Shown here one piece after another: positions 41,976 through 61,999 of a stretch of 64,000 nt of DNA. The position numbers and the translations under genes were made by a program. The first letter of the stretch is position 1. Each line of letters begins with the position of its first letter. The notes under the pieces are model-generated. The model worked only from the letters and a program-made list of their open reading frames with translations, searched no databases and was not told the DNA's origin. Origin of the DNA: Octopus sinensis (Eukaryota); the NCBI RefSeq assembly GCF_006345805.1, contig NC_043024.1, positions 2,542,001-2,606,000 on the forward strand, given 5' to 3'.

Positions 41976-43024
41976 TGGTAAAACGGTAAGATAACAAAGA
42001 AAGAAAGAAAGAGACCTCAATATTATGTAAATAGAGGAAATTTTTATCTATAAAATAATATGTTACATTACTCAATAGTCAAGATAAAACCGTGAGTTTC
42101 AGATGCCGAAGTGGAAATCCACAACACCATCTCTTCGGTTATCTGGCCATCTGAAAAAACGCTATGAAAAAATACCGTTATATAAAGGGAAATTACTGTA
42201 TTATAATTCTGCGCGCGAAAACCCACGTGCGTACTTATACATCACTATGGAAACATACACATCTTCACTCGCATTTTTCGCCAAATATATACGCATATAT
42301 ATATACAACCTCATACACACACACACATGCGTACCGTAAAAGTTCATACATACGTCTATATACGCAAAAACACGAGAAAAACCATGGTTAAAGATAACAG
42401 AAAAAAAAACATAAGGAAGTATACAAAGCATAAAAACCACGTTCATATACGGACAGGCCCCTATGCACTCATACACACACACACGCCCATATATGTACAT
42501 ACCCGCACATATTTATATACGCATACATACACACGCATATACAAAAAATGAATATATATATGTCCCCCCCCCCCACCATAAAAATGGAAAAATACTAAAA
42601 ACGTCTATATATATATATATGTGCATTCTTATGTCCGCACACATATATATATATATATAGACATATATATGTATATACATATAAATGCACATACACACAC
42701 ACAAAGGTTGGCGATTACAAAGGAATTTCACAAGGATCATATATATAGTGGAAGCCGCTTATTGTGATCATTTCCGTACAGTATTGGCCGACACCTAACA
42801 GATGACGTTAAACAAATATAAAGTCTGAATCAATTAATTTCGATAACAATAACCGGCTGATAACGTTATCCGCTATTCCGATTGACCGCCACTCCATGCC
42901 TGCCCAGCCTACATCAAACACAACAAACTACGGCATTTCTATAAATCGCAGTATTTGCTATACAACGTCTTCAATCAGATCGTATTCCTCTCCAATATAT
43001 ATACATATATATATAATAACTTAC

Positions 43025-43126
43025 CCCTGATGCTTAATAAATAAATAAATATTTATTTACTTTCGATTTCGTCTCCAAAGAATTGAGGAAACGTGACAAG
43101 CCGGAAGTAAGGTGCGTCATGTGACT
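43025..43126 (-). promoter_or_regulatory. Predicted promoter/exon 1 of copy 4
   Basis: Same block. Confidence 0.58.
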
Positions 43127-43949
43127 TAGACTCTTTAATATATGAAACCACAAAGAGTGCTGCCGACACAAAAGCGAAACTAAGAAGGAAGGGGGAACGT
43201 AATATTGTTGTTGACTATCACCATGGTTACTGTCTAAGCGGAAGGCGCATGGCTCGGTGGTTAGCGCATCGGGCTATCAATCGCGAGTTAGTGAGTTCGA
43301 TTCCCTGGATCTTTTCGTTTTGACTGGCAGGTTTTAAAATAATTTCTTTGCAACTAAACACTTTTAAACTTAAGTACCAGTTACGCACTGGGGTCGATGT
43401 AATCAACTTAATCCCTTTGTCTGTTCCCTCCTATCTTTTCGGTTTGAACAGCAGTTTTTAACATAATTTCTAGGTAACTAAACACTTTTAAACTTCGTGT
43501 AATGGTAGAATTTGTTACATAAAACATCTTTTTCTCTTGGCTTTCTTGAGAAAATTCTGTAGTTTGTAAGCTACAATTATTGCTGTTGATAAACTACGGC
43601 AGATATTGTATTCACCTCAATAGACGTCATTGATTGGTTGAAATTGCCGAAATGCAAGAAATTAAACAACAAATAGCTTACAAGCTACAGAATTTTCTCA
43701 AGAAATCCAGGAGAAAAAGATGTTTTATAAATACATTCTACCAGTATACGAAGTTTAAAGAATAAGTCCTGGGGTCGATTTGATCGACTAAAGGCGGTGC
43801 TCCAGCATGGCCACAGTCACATGACTGAAACAAGTAAAAGAGTAAAGAGAGATAGCTAGATAAACAGGTAGATAGATAGGTCGGTAGATAGATAGGTATG
43901 TAGGTAGGCAGATAGATAAATAGACAGACAGATAGATAGATAGACACAA

Positions 43950-44026
<77 letters not shown>

Positions 44027-44245
44027 GAGACAGACAGACAGATAGATGGATAGACAGATAGAAGCAGTTCTTCCTTCGAAAAGGACGATTCTTTTCTTCA
44101 GCTTTAAAGCTTCCAACATGAATGTTGGTGGTGGTGGCCATGTTTATAGCAGTAAGGGTTGTCTTTACTTCTTTGTATCTTCTAAGGCCAGACTGGCAGG
44201 TTTCTGTGTGCGTTCAAGCGGAACAACTTCCTTTTCAGACAGATA

Positions 44246-44600
44246 GTGGAAGCACTCCGTCGGTTACGACGATGAAGGTTCCGGTTGATCCGAATCAACG
44301 GAACAGCCTGCTCGTGAAATTAACGTGTAAGTGGCTGAGCACTCCACAGACACGTGCACCCTTAACGTAGTTCTCGGGGATATTCAGCGTGACACAGAGA
44401 GTGACAAGGCCGGCCCTTTGAAATACAGGTACAACAGAAACAGGAAGTAAGAGTGAGAGAAAGTTGTGGTGAAAGAGTACAGCAGGGATCACCACCATCC
44501 CCTGCCGGAGCCTCGTGGAGCTTTAGGTGATTTCGCTCAATAAACATTCACAACGCCCGGTCTGGGAATCGAAACCGCGAGTCCGCTGCCCTAACCACTA
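44246..44600 (-). mobile_element. SINE unique to unit 4, replacing the left half of the MITE
   Basis: Head GTGGTTAGGGCAGCGG...GGTTTCGATTCC on the minus strand. Confidence 0.7.
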
Positions 44601-46877
44601 AATAAAACACAAAAATACAAAGTAAATAATTTTAAAACTAAGTAAATAACACACAAAAATACAAAGTAAGGATCGACTAGTCATGACTAGCTAGCGCGGA
44701 TGCACGAGTACGCGAGTGCGCGCACCGGATTCACTCTTCTCAAGTAGTACCGATAGATAGACAGACGGAGATAGATAGATAAATAGAGATAGATAGGTAG
44801 ACATATAAAGATAAATAGACAGATAAATAGATGGATAAACGGATGGATGGATGGATAGATAGATAGATAGATAGACAGGCACAGATATGCTATAGAAATA
44901 AACTTTGACGTACGCACCTTGAAGTTTTCCAGTGTTAAAACTTTCTTTAGAAGTTGCACGTCATCTTCAGCAGGTGCTTCGTGTGTGTGTGTGTGTGTAG
45001 GCAGAGTACGGCCGAATGGTCAAGAAGATTCCTTAACAACCACGAGGTCCCTCGTTCTGTCCTACTGCGAGACACTTTCGACAAATAACACTTTCTGCAG
45101 TGTCCAGTTGACCTGAATGAAATCGGACAGAGGGGAAAGTGCTGAACCCAGGAATTCCAAAGAGGTCAGCTTCGGGTCGCAGAGGTTCTTGTATGATTCC
45201 AGCGGAATCCTCGAAGACTCACAGCAATTCCGGAACAGGGGATTCAGTTGGTCTTACACCTGAATCCTCATCGGCGAACGACGGGGATCCACGATGTATA
45301 AAAATGTCTGTATAGGTATAGATGGAAATGGTGAGGATATTAAGAAATGGTTAATAGCAAAATGTGGGAAATAAAAAAAACTGGAATGGGCAGTGAAAAG
45401 GAAAACGAAACAGTGAAAGAAATTATATAACTTTATTTAAGTAATTTTTTTTAGTCCTTCTTGTTTTCTGAGTTGTGCGTTAGATATGAAATTAGATATG
45501 AAATCATTCGTATCCAATTCCGGTCTCCTAATAATTATCAGTTATAAAGTGGAATTGATCAAGGAATAAAGATTTGTATGAAACTATAGCAGGAAATAAA
45601 CGGAATTTGCAAGACTGAACGGTTAATGGACGAGGGGAAGTAACTGAATATTTTTGTTTGGCTTCGGGGTTAAATGACAATTAATTAATTCAACAAATTG
45701 TTAGAAAGGACGAGGGGAAGTCCTGAATATTTTTGTTTGGCTTCGGGTTTAAATGACAATTAATTAATTCAACAAATTGTTAGAAAGGATCACTAAAGTA
45801 CAGCCCCCAAAATTACTGCAGGGCTTGATGACCGCCTCAAGAACCCAGTTTCCACAAAAACTTTTTGCTGGGAGCTGCACAAAGCCAGATTTCAAGGGAG
45901 GGCTGCAATCAGAAAACCACTACTTTCAAAAACAAACGTTGCAAAGCGTTTAGAGTGGAGTAAAAACCTACAGAATTGGTCCCTAGAGCAGTGGAAGAAT
46001 GTTATTTTCTAGGACGAGTCATCCATTACGTTATTTCCGACCACCGGCCGAGTATACGTGTGAAGAGAGCCAAAAGAAGCATTTGACCCAGACTGCCTTC
46101 TTCCAACTGTTAAACATGGAGGAGGATCTGTAATGATCTGGGGAGCTATATCTTGGAAATCTGCCAGCCCAATGGTTTCCCTTCATGTCAGAATTAATAG
46201 TCAAGACTATTTAAGCATTTTATCTGATCAAATTCATCCTATGGTTGCGGAACTGTTTCCGGAGGGAAACACAAGCTTTCAGGATGATAATGCACCAATT
46301 CACACAGCTAAAGTTGTCACTGAATGGCACGAGGAACATTCATCAACCGTTTCAAAGTAAACATTAGTCCTTGCTCTTTTTAACACAATAACTTCTGGTA
46401 TTTCATATACAGCAGATCTTTCCTTCTCCTATGTTTCCGACGAAGAGCTCCGCTCGAAACGTTAAACTATCCTTCATTCCTGAGCATCCAATAATACTAT
46501 ATTTCTTCCACGTCCTCGCGTTGTTGTGTTTTTTTTTGTGCTTTCTCTTTTGGATTAACTATATATATATATTTAACCGATCGTGGCCGCTGCGAGACTC
46601 CCCTGGCACCTGTGCCGGTGGCATGTAAAAAATACCCACTACACATGCGGAGCTGTTTATGTTAGGAAGGGCATCCAGCTGTAGAAACACTGCCAGATCA
46701 GACTGGGCCTGGTGCAGCCTCCTGGCTTCCCAGACCCCGGTCGAACCGTCCAACCCGTGCTAGCATGGAAAACTGACGTTAAACGATGATCATGATTATG
46801 ATATATATAGAAATTAAAATCCAGGAAACACAGAAGTAGGATTAATATAGTTTATTCACTGCAAAAATTCAACATGT

Positions 46878-46959
46878 ACACTTACAGCTGTTTCGATTTT
46901 GCTCAAAAGAAATTCCAATAATTAAAACATTTAATTGGGCAAAATCTCATCAGAGGAAT
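46878..46959 (-). ncRNA. Hammerhead motif, unit copy
   Basis: Identical core; an adjacent deletion begins just outside it. Confidence 0.65.
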
Positions 46960-48480
46960 GAAAAAGCAAGCCCATAGCAATATCATATCTTCTCCGCTAT
47001 TTCACTATTACATGTTAAAAGTGAAACAAAAATATTTCTCTATTTTATGTCAGATGCTTTCAATTTAACAATAAAAATAATAATAACAATTGAATTATAT
47101 GCAGTAAGTAATAATTAAAATCAAACTAAAGTATAATATAATCGTAACATACAAAAGTAAAAATAGCATCAATGATATGAACTTGAATAAGTGGTTTCAC
47201 ATGAATGGGAATAAATTAAAAATATAATTAGCGTGCAGAAATGGAATAGTCCAGATGGATAATACAAAATTAAATTAAAGAAAAGACTATTGTCTATAAA
47301 ATATACAATGTAGAGAAAAAAGGAGAGCTAACAATTCCAGTCTGTTATATATTTTGAGTATTGTTATCACTAGCGACATCAAGATATAACTTTGTATTTT
47401 GCATTTTATGTGTAGATGTATATAGATACATGTACATGTAATATGTACACATATATACATGCACTAGCACTATGACCCGGCAACGACGGGTCTTTCATGC
47501 TAGTTGGTAAATAAATGGTAGATAGTGAGTGATATTTCTCACTATAATTATTTTATAATGTATCGATTTAATTATTTTGTAATTTATCTATATCAGTTCA
47601 ATCAATTTCTTTAACAAAGTTATAAATGTGATCACGTTGTTCTCTCATTCATATGATACTATTTTTACTATAACTCACTAATCTAACATTTATTTAATGC
47701 GGTTTCGATTCCCAGACCGGGCTTTGTGTGTGTTTATTGAGCGAAAACACCTAAAGGTCCACAAGGCTCCGGCAGGGGGTGGTGGCGATCTCTGCTGTAC
47801 TCTTTCTTCCTGCTTCTTGAGTAATGCGGCGATGGACTGGCGTCCTGTCCAGCTGGTGGTGTAACACATATGCCACAGAAACTGGGCCCATGAGCCTGGC
47901 TAGGTTTGTAAAGGGCGCATAAATAAATAAAAATAATAAATATACTGGCATGTAATAAAACTGTGTAAGAGAATAATTTACCACAACTCAATTGCAAGAA
48001 GCACTTCCATCAAGTTAAGCTATTTATTCGAGAGTATGATTTAATAGAGGTGCAGGAGTGGCTGTGTGGTAAGTAGCTTGCTAACCAACCACATGGTTCC
48101 GGATTCAGTCACACTGAGTGGCATCTTGGGCAAGTGTCTTCTGCTATAGCCCCGGGCCGACCAAAGCCTTGTGAGTGGATTTGGTAGACGGAAACTGAAA
48201 GAAGCCTGTCGTATATACGTATACATATATATGTATATATGTGCATGTGTTTGTGTCTATGTTTGTCCCCCTAGCATTGCTTGTCAATCGATGCTGGTGT
48301 GTTCACGTCCCCGTCACTTAGTGGTTCAGCAATATAGACCGATAGAATAAGTACTGGGCTTCGAAAGAATAAGTCCTGCGGTCGATTTGCTCGACTGAAG
48401 GCGGTGCTCCAGCATGGCTGCAGTCAAATGACTGAAACAAGTAAAATAGAGAGAGAGAGAGTAATAGAATTATCACAGTG

Positions 48481-48969
<489 letters not shown>

Positions 48970-50934
48970 TCAAATATTACAGGGATAGGGTTTCTCACCT
49001 GTATGAATGTGCTTATGAGTAATTAAATGATGATTCTGAGAGAATGATTTACCACAGATATCACACTGATAAGGTTTCTCTCCTGTGTGAATGTATTTGT
49101 GAGTAGTTAAGCTGTGATTTTGAGAGAATGATTCTCCACAGATATCACACTGATAAGGTTTCTCTCCTGTGTGAATGTATTTGTGAGTGGTTAGGTTTTG
49201 ATTCAGAGAGAATGATTTACCACAGATATCGCACTGATAAGGTTTCTCTCCTGTGTGAATGTATTTGTGAGTAGTTAAGCTGTGATTTTGAGAGAATGAT
49301 TTACCACAGATATCACAATGATACGGTTTCTCTCCTGTGTGAATGTATTTGTGAGTAGTTAAGTGCTGATTATGAGAGAATGATTCTCCACAGATATCAC
49401 AATGATAAGGTTTCTCTCCTGTATGAATATGTTTGTGAGTGGTTAGGTCGCTATTTATAGAGAATGATTTACCACAGATATCACACTGATAAGGTTTCTC
49501 TCCTGTGTGAATGTAATTGTGAGTAGTTAAGTGGTGATTATGAGAGAATGATTTACCACAGATATCACACTGATATGGTTTCTCTCCTGTGTGAATACGT
49601 TTGTGAGTGGTTAGGTCGCTATTTCCAGAGAATGATTTACCACAGATATCACACTGATATGGTTTCTCTCCTGTATGAATACGTTTGTGAGTGGTTAGGT
49701 CACTATTTCCAGAGAATGATTTACCACAGATATCACACTGATAAGGTTTATCTCCTGTGTGAATGTATTTGTGAGTAGTTAAGTGGTGATTATGAGAGAA
49801 TGATTTACCACAGATATCACAATGATATTGTTTGTCTCCTGCATGAATACGTTTGTGAGTGGTTAGGTCGCTATTTCCAGAGAATGATTTACCACAGATA
49901 TCACACTGATATGGTTTCTTTCCTGTATGAATACGTTTGTGAGTGGTTAGGTCGCTATTTCCAGAGAATGATTTACCACAGATATCACACTGATATGGTT
50001 TCTTTCCTGTATGAATACGTTTGTGAGTGGTTAGGTCACTATTTCTAGAGAATGATTTACCACAGATATCACACCGATAAGGTTTCTCTCCTGTATGAAT
50101 GTATTTGTGAGTAGTTAAGTGGTGATTTCGAGAGAATGATTTACCACAGATACCACACTGATATGGCTTCTCTCCTGTATGAATACGTTTGTGTTTAATT
50201 AACTGACTACTTTTAGAGAATGATTTACCACAGATATCACACTGATATTGTTTCTCTCCTGTATGAATACGTTTGTGAGTGGTTAGGTCGCTATTCCCAG
50301 AGAATGATTTACCACAGATATCACACTGATAAGGTTTCTCTCCTGTATGAATGTATTTGTGAGTAGTTAAGTGGTGATTTCGAGAGAATGATTTACCACA
50401 GATATCACACTGATATGGTTTCTCTCCTGTATGAATATGTTTTTGTTTAATTAACTGACTACTTTTAGAGAATGATTTACCACAGATATCACACTGATAT
50501 GGTTTCTCTCCTGTATGAATACGTTTGTGAGTGGTTAGGTCGCTATTTCCAGAGAATGATTTACCACAGATATCGCAATGATGTGACTTAACCACAATGT
50601 GGATGCATTTGTGAATAGCTGAGCTATGATTCTGAGAGAATGATTTACCACAGGTATTACAGCGATACAACTCGACACCTGCGTGAATGTGTTTATGTGT
50701 GGTCAAACGAACCTTTTCAGAGAATGATTTACCACAGATGTCACAGTGATAGAGATCCTCTCCTGCATGGAAACATTTGTGAATCGTCTGTTCATCTTTG
50801 AGAAAGAAGGACTTGTTGCAGACATCACAGTGAAATGATGTTTTCTCTTCTTCTTCTGTTTCATCTTCAGTAAAATCAATCCTTAACGACTGTGTATTAC
50901 AATTAACCTCATTATCACGTAATTCATTTTCCAT
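48970..50934 (-). CDS. Poly-C2H2 zinc-finger protein, copy 5 (654 aa, about 21 fingers); own promoter/exon 1 deleted
   Basis: ORF ends CNI*(TGA replacing Cys); the frame continues to 48481. Confidence 0.85.
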   Translation of the reverse strand: MENELRDNEVNCNTQSLRIDFTEDETEEEEKTSFHCDVCNKSFFLKDEQTIHKCFHAGEDLYHCDICGKSFSEKVRLTTHKHIHAGVELYRCNTCGKSFSQNHSSAIHKCIHIVVKSHHCDICGKSFSGNSDLTTHKRIHTGEKPYQCDICGKSFSKSSQLIKQKHIHTGEKPYQCDICGKSFSRNHHLTTHKYIHTGEKPYQCDICGKSFSGNSDLTTHKRIHTGEKQYQCDICGKSFSKSSQLIKHKRIHTGEKPYQCGICGKSFSRNHHLTTHKYIHTGEKPYRCDICGKSFSRNSDLTTHKRIHTGKKPYQCDICGKSFSGNSDLTTHKRIHTGKKPYQCDICGKSFSGNSDLTTHKRIHAGDKQYHCDICGKSFSHNHHLTTHKYIHTGDKPYQCDICGKSFSGNSDLTTHKRIHTGEKPYQCDICGKSFSGNSDLTTHKRIHTGEKPYQCDICGKSFSHNHHLTTHNYIHTGEKPYQCDICGKSFSINSDLTTHKHIHTGEKPYHCDICGESFSHNQHLTTHKYIHTGEKPYHCDICGKSFSQNHSLTTHKYIHTGEKPYQCDICGKSFSLNQNLTTHKYIHTGEKPYQCDICGESFSQNHSLTTHKYIHTGEKPYQCDICGKSFSQNHHLITHKHIHTGEKPYPCNI

Positions 50935-52688
50935 TATTTTTCTCCTCTCACCACAAAGTCCAAATGTCTTTCTTCTTTTTTATATTCTATTCCCCAGTTA
51001 TTTCTGTTGCTTGAAATGCTTAGCAGTATTTCGTCTGTCTTTTTGTTCTGAGTTCAAATTCCACCGAGGTCGACTTTGCCTTTCATCCTTTCAGGGTCGA
51101 TAAATAAAGTACCAGTTTCACACTGGGGTAGATATAATCGACTTAATACCTTTGTCTGTCCTTGTTTGTGCCCTCTATGTTTAGCCCCCTAGTGGGCAAT
51201 AAAGAAATATATATTTCCATCAAGTGTAATCATTGTCAACATCTGAGGGGGCTGCCAATTCCTTTGCAATCCAGTTTTAATTAGAATACAGGATTGGTTT
51301 TCTTGCACCCATTCCAGGCAGTAAAGTACAGAAATGCTGCTAATAATCACACACCCAAAGAAAATCTTTTACAATTCTATAATCGATTTATATAAACAGG
51401 GTAATATTTCTTCTGTGTAGCATCTTAGTTTCATCTTAAAGAATATATCATATATATTCATGATGTGTTCGATGTAAAATCTTCATTTATGCTAAATATC
51501 CTCTCTGATACTCTGAAATAAAAAAGAAATAATATGAGATATAGAATATACTTGAAAAGTAAAGATTAAACAATGAAAATTTTATTACGCTTTTATACTG
51601 ATAAACTGGAGATATAAACCTTTAGCTGGCCAAAAAAACGTTAACACGTCAGTCTGACAAACAAACAAGGAGAATATAAGGTAGTCATGGGATGTGCTAA
51701 AAATAATAGTTAAATAGCTCTTAAATCATGCAGCAATTTTAAAAATTTTGTTTTGGTTTTTGCACAATCCTATGAATTAGAAATTCGCAAGAGTTTTCTA
51801 AAAATTCCCAAAAAGTTTTGAACCAACAAAGAATTTACAATTTAGATCTGCTGTTTGTTTGTTGAGCGAAGCGGTCTTCATCCCAGAGCTCGCAAGATGG
51901 AAGAAGTCGGAAACGCAGTCCTTTGCTATTCGTAAGACCCGCAGAAGAGAAAGCAGGTCAGCCCCCCCGACACCGAGAGCATCGACGGATGGACGAATGC
52001 GCATCCAGGCTTGGCAGTTGCGTAGGAAGTCGGGGGACAAGAAACAGGAAGAAAGAGTGAGAGAAAGTTGGGGCGAAAGAGTACAACAGGGGTTGCCACC
52101 ACCCTCTGCTGGAGCATCGTGGAGCTTTAGGTGTTTTCGCTCAATAAACACACTCAACGCCCAGTCTGAGAATCGAACCCGCGAGTCCGCTGCCCTAACC
52201 ACTGGGCCATTGCGCCTCCACTTACATCTGCTGTATATGAAATACCAGAAGTTATTGTGTTAAAAGAGCAAGGACTAATGTTTACTTGGAAACGGTTGAT
52301 GATGATGATATATATATATATATATTTATTGCCCACAAGGGGATATACAAAGAGGGGACAAACAAGACATAGGGATTAAGTCGATTACATCGAACCCAGT
52401 GCATAACTGGTACTTAATTTATCGACCCTGAAAGATGAAAGGCAAAGTCGACCTCAGTGGAATTTGAACTCATAACGTAAAGACACATGCATTTCGCCTG
52501 TCATGCTAATGTTGCTGCCAGCTCGCCACCTTTATATATATATAAAAGCAATTAAGATTCAAGTCAGTTCTAATGAATTCACTTGAATGCGGTACTTAAC
52601 TTAGATGCACCAGAAAACTATATGGTGTTAACCATACAGTAATGTGGGGTGATTATAAACGAGAAAGAAGCAACAAGAATGGATTAGT

Positions 52689-52779
52689 TTTTAGTACAAT
52701 TGTTTCATACAAAGACTGGCTTTATTAAAAGTTGCAAATATTGCAGCAGATAAAAGTGTCCCGTACTCATCAGCTAAAA
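52689..52779 (-). ncRNA. Complete minimal type I hammerhead ribozyme in a unique Penelope-like insert (about 52545-53058)
   Basis: TTTTAG-CTGATGA-GTAC...GTAT-GAAA-CAATTG-TA-CTAAAA; perfect 6-bp stem I; predicted cleavage after GUA at 52695. Confidence 0.75.
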
Positions 52780-53470
52780 CACATATGAGTTCTCCAAACA
52801 TCTTAGTGGGTGAGGTTACACTCATGAAGTATCGGAGATAATTTTATAAAAAGCAGATTCAGGTTGTAAACAGACTTCCAAAGTTCTTTAATGACGATGC
52901 ACAGTCTTATCACAGGTTTTAAAAAAGCTTATTAGCTTCACAGAGAAGGTGAATCAATCCATAGTGTAGGTGCAAATATCCAGAGATATGAGGAGGTATT
53001 TCATACTCACAGACGATGAATCTATCCATGGTTAATCCACAATGAGGTGGGTATAATTTCCGGAGGGAAACGCAAGCTTTCAGGATGATAATGCACCAAT
53101 TCACACAGCTAAAGTTGTCACTGAATGGCACGAGGAACATTCATCAACCGTTTCAAAGTAAACATTAGTCCTTGCTCTTTTTAACACAATAACTTCTGGT
53201 ATTTCATATACAGCAGATCTTTCCTTCTATGTTTCCAACGAAGAGCTCTGCTCGAAATGTTAAACCCTCCTTCTTTTCTGAGCGTCCAATAATACTATAT
53301 TTGTTCCACGTCCTCGCGTTGTAGTGTTTTTTTTGTGCTTTCTTGTTTGGATTAACTATATATATATATATATATATTTAACTGATCGTGGCCGCTGCCA
53401 GACTCCCCCGGCACCTGTGCCGGTGGCATGTAAAAAACACCCACTACACTCGAGGAGTGGTTGGCGTTAG

Positions 53471-58108
<4,638 letters not shown>

Positions 58109-59716
58109 TATTTTTCTCCTCTCACCACAAGGTCCAAATGGTTTTCTTTTTTTATATTCTATTCCCCAGTTATTTCTGTTGCTTGAAATGCTTAGGGGTA
58201 TTTCGTCTGTCTTTTTGTTCTGAGTTCAAATTCCACCGAGGTTGACTTTGCCTTTCATCCTTTTGGGGTCAATAAAGTACCAGTTTCACACTGGGGTAGA
58301 TATAATCGACTTAATCCCTTTGTCAGTCCTTGTTTGTCCCCTCTATGTTTAGCCCCCTAGTGGGCAATAAAGAAATATATATTTCCATCAACTGTAATCA
58401 TTGTCAATATCTGAGGGGGCTGCCAATTCCTTTACAATCCAGGTTTAATTACAATACAGGATTGGTTTTCTTGCACCCATTCCAGGCAGTAAAGTACAGA
58501 AATGCTGCTAATAATCACACACCCAAAGAAAATCTTTTACAATTCTATAATCGATTTATATAAACAGGGTAATATTTCTTCTGTGTAGCGTCTTAAAGAA
58601 TATATCATATATATTCATGATGTGTTCGATGTAAAATCTTCTTTTATGCTAAATATCCTCTCTGATACTCTGAAATAAAAAAGAAATAATATGAGATATA
58701 GAATATACTTGAAAATAAAGATTAAATAATGAAAATTTTATTACGTTTTTATGCTGATAAACTGGAGATATAAACCTTTAGCTGGCCAAATAAACGTTAA
58801 CACGTCAGTCTGACAAACAAACAAGGAGATTATAAGGTAGTCATGGGATGTGCTACAAATAATAGCTAAATAGCTCTTAAATCACGCAGCAATTTAAAAA
58901 ATTTTGTTTTGGTTTTTGCACAATCCTATGAATTACAAATTCGCAAGAGTTTCTAAAAATTCCCAAAAAGTTTTGAACCAACGAAGAATTTATAATTTAC
59001 ATCTGCTGTTTGTTTGTTGAGCGAATCGGTGTTCGTCCAGAGCTCGCAAGATGGAAGAAGTCGGAAACGTGGTCCTTTGCTATTCGTAAGACCTGCAGAA
59101 GAGAAAGCAGGTCAGCCCCCCCCCCCCCCGACACCGAGAGCATTGACGGATGGATGAATGCGCATCCAGGCTCGGCGGTTGCGTAGGAAGTCGGGGGACA
59201 AGAAACAGGAAGAAAGAGTGAGAGAAAGTTGGGGCGAAAGAGTACAACAGGGGTCGCCACCACCCTCTGCTGGAGCATCGTGGAGCTTTAGGTGTTTTCG
59301 CTTAATAAACACTCACAATGACCGGTCTGGGAATCGAAACCGCGTTCCTCTGAATGCGAGTCCGCTGCCCTAACCACTGGGCCATTGCGCCTCCACTTAC
59401 ATCTGCTGTATATGAAATACCAGAGGTTATTCTGTTCAAAAGAGCAAGGACTAATGTTTACTTTGAAACGGTTGATGATGATGATGATGATGATATATAT
59501 ATATATATAGTTATTGCCCACAAGGGGATATACAAAGAGGGGACAAACAAGGACAGACATAGGGATTAAGTCGATTACATCGAACCCAGTGCATAACTGG
59601 TACTTAATTTATCGACCCTGAAAGATGAAAGGCAAAGCCTACCTCAGTGGAATTTGAACTCATAACGTAAAGACACATTTCGCCCATCGTGCTAATGTTG
59701 CTGCCAAGCTCGCCAC

Positions 59717-59761
<45 letters not shown>

Positions 59762-59924
59762 ATTTTATTTTATAGAAAGAGCTTCTACAGTACTAGAACT
59801 GTTTCATTCAGATGAAACAGTTCTAGTCCTGTAGAAGCTCCTTCTATAAAATAAATTACTTTACTCTGCTATGTATTGAGTACCTTATTTACTGTGGTTA
59901 ACCCCGACTCAACCCGGGACCTAC

Positions 59925-59955
<31 letters not shown>

Positions 59956-60365
59956 TGTGCATTCTCATGCCCGCACACACACATATATATATAAATATAG
60001 ACATATATATGTATATACATATATATGCACATACACACACACAAAAGTTGGCGACTACAAAGGAATTTCACAAGAATCATATATATAGTGGAAGCCGCTT
60101 ATTGTGATCATTTCCGTACAGCATTGGCCAACACCTAACATATGACGTTAAACAAATATAAAGTCTGAACCAATTAATTTTGATAACAATAACCGGCTGA
60201 TAACGTTATCCGCTATTCCGATTGACCGCCACTCCATTCCTGCCCAGCCTACATCAATACACAACAAACTACGGCATTTCTATAAATCGCAGTATTTGCT
60301 ATACAACGTCTTCAATCAGATCGTATTCCTCTCCAATATATATACATATATATATAATAACTTAC

Positions 60366-60467
60366 CCCTGATGCTTAATAAATAAATAAATATTTATTTA
60401 CTTTCGATTTCGTCTCCAAAGAATTGAGGAAACATGACAAGCCGGAAGTAAGGTGCGTCATGTGACT
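60366..60467 (-). promoter_or_regulatory. Predicted promoter/exon 1 of copy 6
   Basis: Same block intact although the CDS is rearranged. Confidence 0.58.
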
Positions 60468-61963
60468 TAGACTCTTCAATATATGAAACCACAAAGAGTG
60501 CTGCTGACACAAAAGTGAAACTAAGAAGGAAGGGGGAACGTAATATTGTTGTTGACTATCACCATGGTTACTGTCTAAGCGGAAGGCTCATGGCTCGGTG
60601 GTTAGCGCATCGGGCTATCAATCGCGAGTTAGTGAGTTCGATTCCCTGGATCTTTTCGCTGTTCCACGTTGCCAGCGGAATTCTCGGCGACTCACGGGAA
60701 TTCCGGAGCAGGGGATTCAGTTGGTCTTACACCTGAATCCTCATCGGCGAACGACGGGGATCCACGATGTATAAAAATGTCTGTTTAGGTATAGATGGAA
60801 ATGGTGAGGATATTAAGAAATGTTAATAGCAAAATGTGGGAAATAAAAAATTGGAATGGTCAGTGAAAAGGAAAACGAAAAGTGAAAGAAATTATATAAC
60901 TTTGTTTAAGTAATTTTTTTTAGTCCTTCCTTTTTTCTGAGTTGTGCGTTAGATATGAAATTAGATATGAAATCATTCGTATCTAATTCCGGTCTCCTAA
61001 TAATTATCAGTTATAAAGTGGAATTGATCAAGGAATAAAGATTTGTATGAAACTATAGCAGGAAATAAACGGAATTTGCAAGACTGAACGGTTAATGGAC
61101 GAGGGGAAGTAACTCTTCCTTCAACAAAAGCCCTGAACATTTTTATATAGCTTCGAGTTTAAATGACAATTAATTAATTCAGCAAATTGTTAGAAAGGAT
61201 CACAAAAGTACAGCCCTCAAAATTACTGCAGGGCTTAATGAAACGCCTGAAGAACCCAGTTTCCACAAAAACTTTTGCTGGGAGCTGCACAAAGCCAGAT
61301 TTCAAGGAGGGCTGCAATCAGAAAACCACTACTTTCAAAAACAAACGTTGCAAAGCGTTTAGAGTGGAGTAAAAACCTACAGAAATGATCCCTAGAGCAG
61401 TGGAAGAATGTTATTTTCTAGGACGAGTCATCCATTACCTTATTTCCGACCACTGGCCGAGTATACGTGTGAAGAGAGCCAAAAGAAGCATTTGACCCAG
61501 ACTGCCTTCTTCCAACTGTTAAACATGGAGGAGGATCTGTAATGATCTTGAGTGCTATATCTTGGAAATCTGCCAGCCCAATGGTTCCCCTTCATGGCAG
61601 AATTAATAGTCAAGACTATTTAAGCATTTTATCTGATCAAATTTATCCTATGGTTGTGGATCTGCTTCTGGAGGGCAACGCAAGCTTTCAGGATGATAAT
61701 GCACCAATTCTCACAGCTAAAGTTGTCACTGAATGGCACGAGGAACATTCTTCAACCGTTTCAAAGTAAACATTAGTCCTTGCTCTTTTGAACACAATAA
61801 CTTCTGGTATTTCATATACAGCAGATCTTTCCTTCTCCTATGTTTCCGACAAAGAGCTCCGCTCGAAACGTTAAACCCTCCTCCTTTCCTGAGCGTCCAA
61901 TAATACTATATTTGTTCAGCGTCCACGCGTGGTTGTGTATTTTTTGTGCTTTCTTGTTTGGAT

Positions 61964-61999
<36 letters not shown>

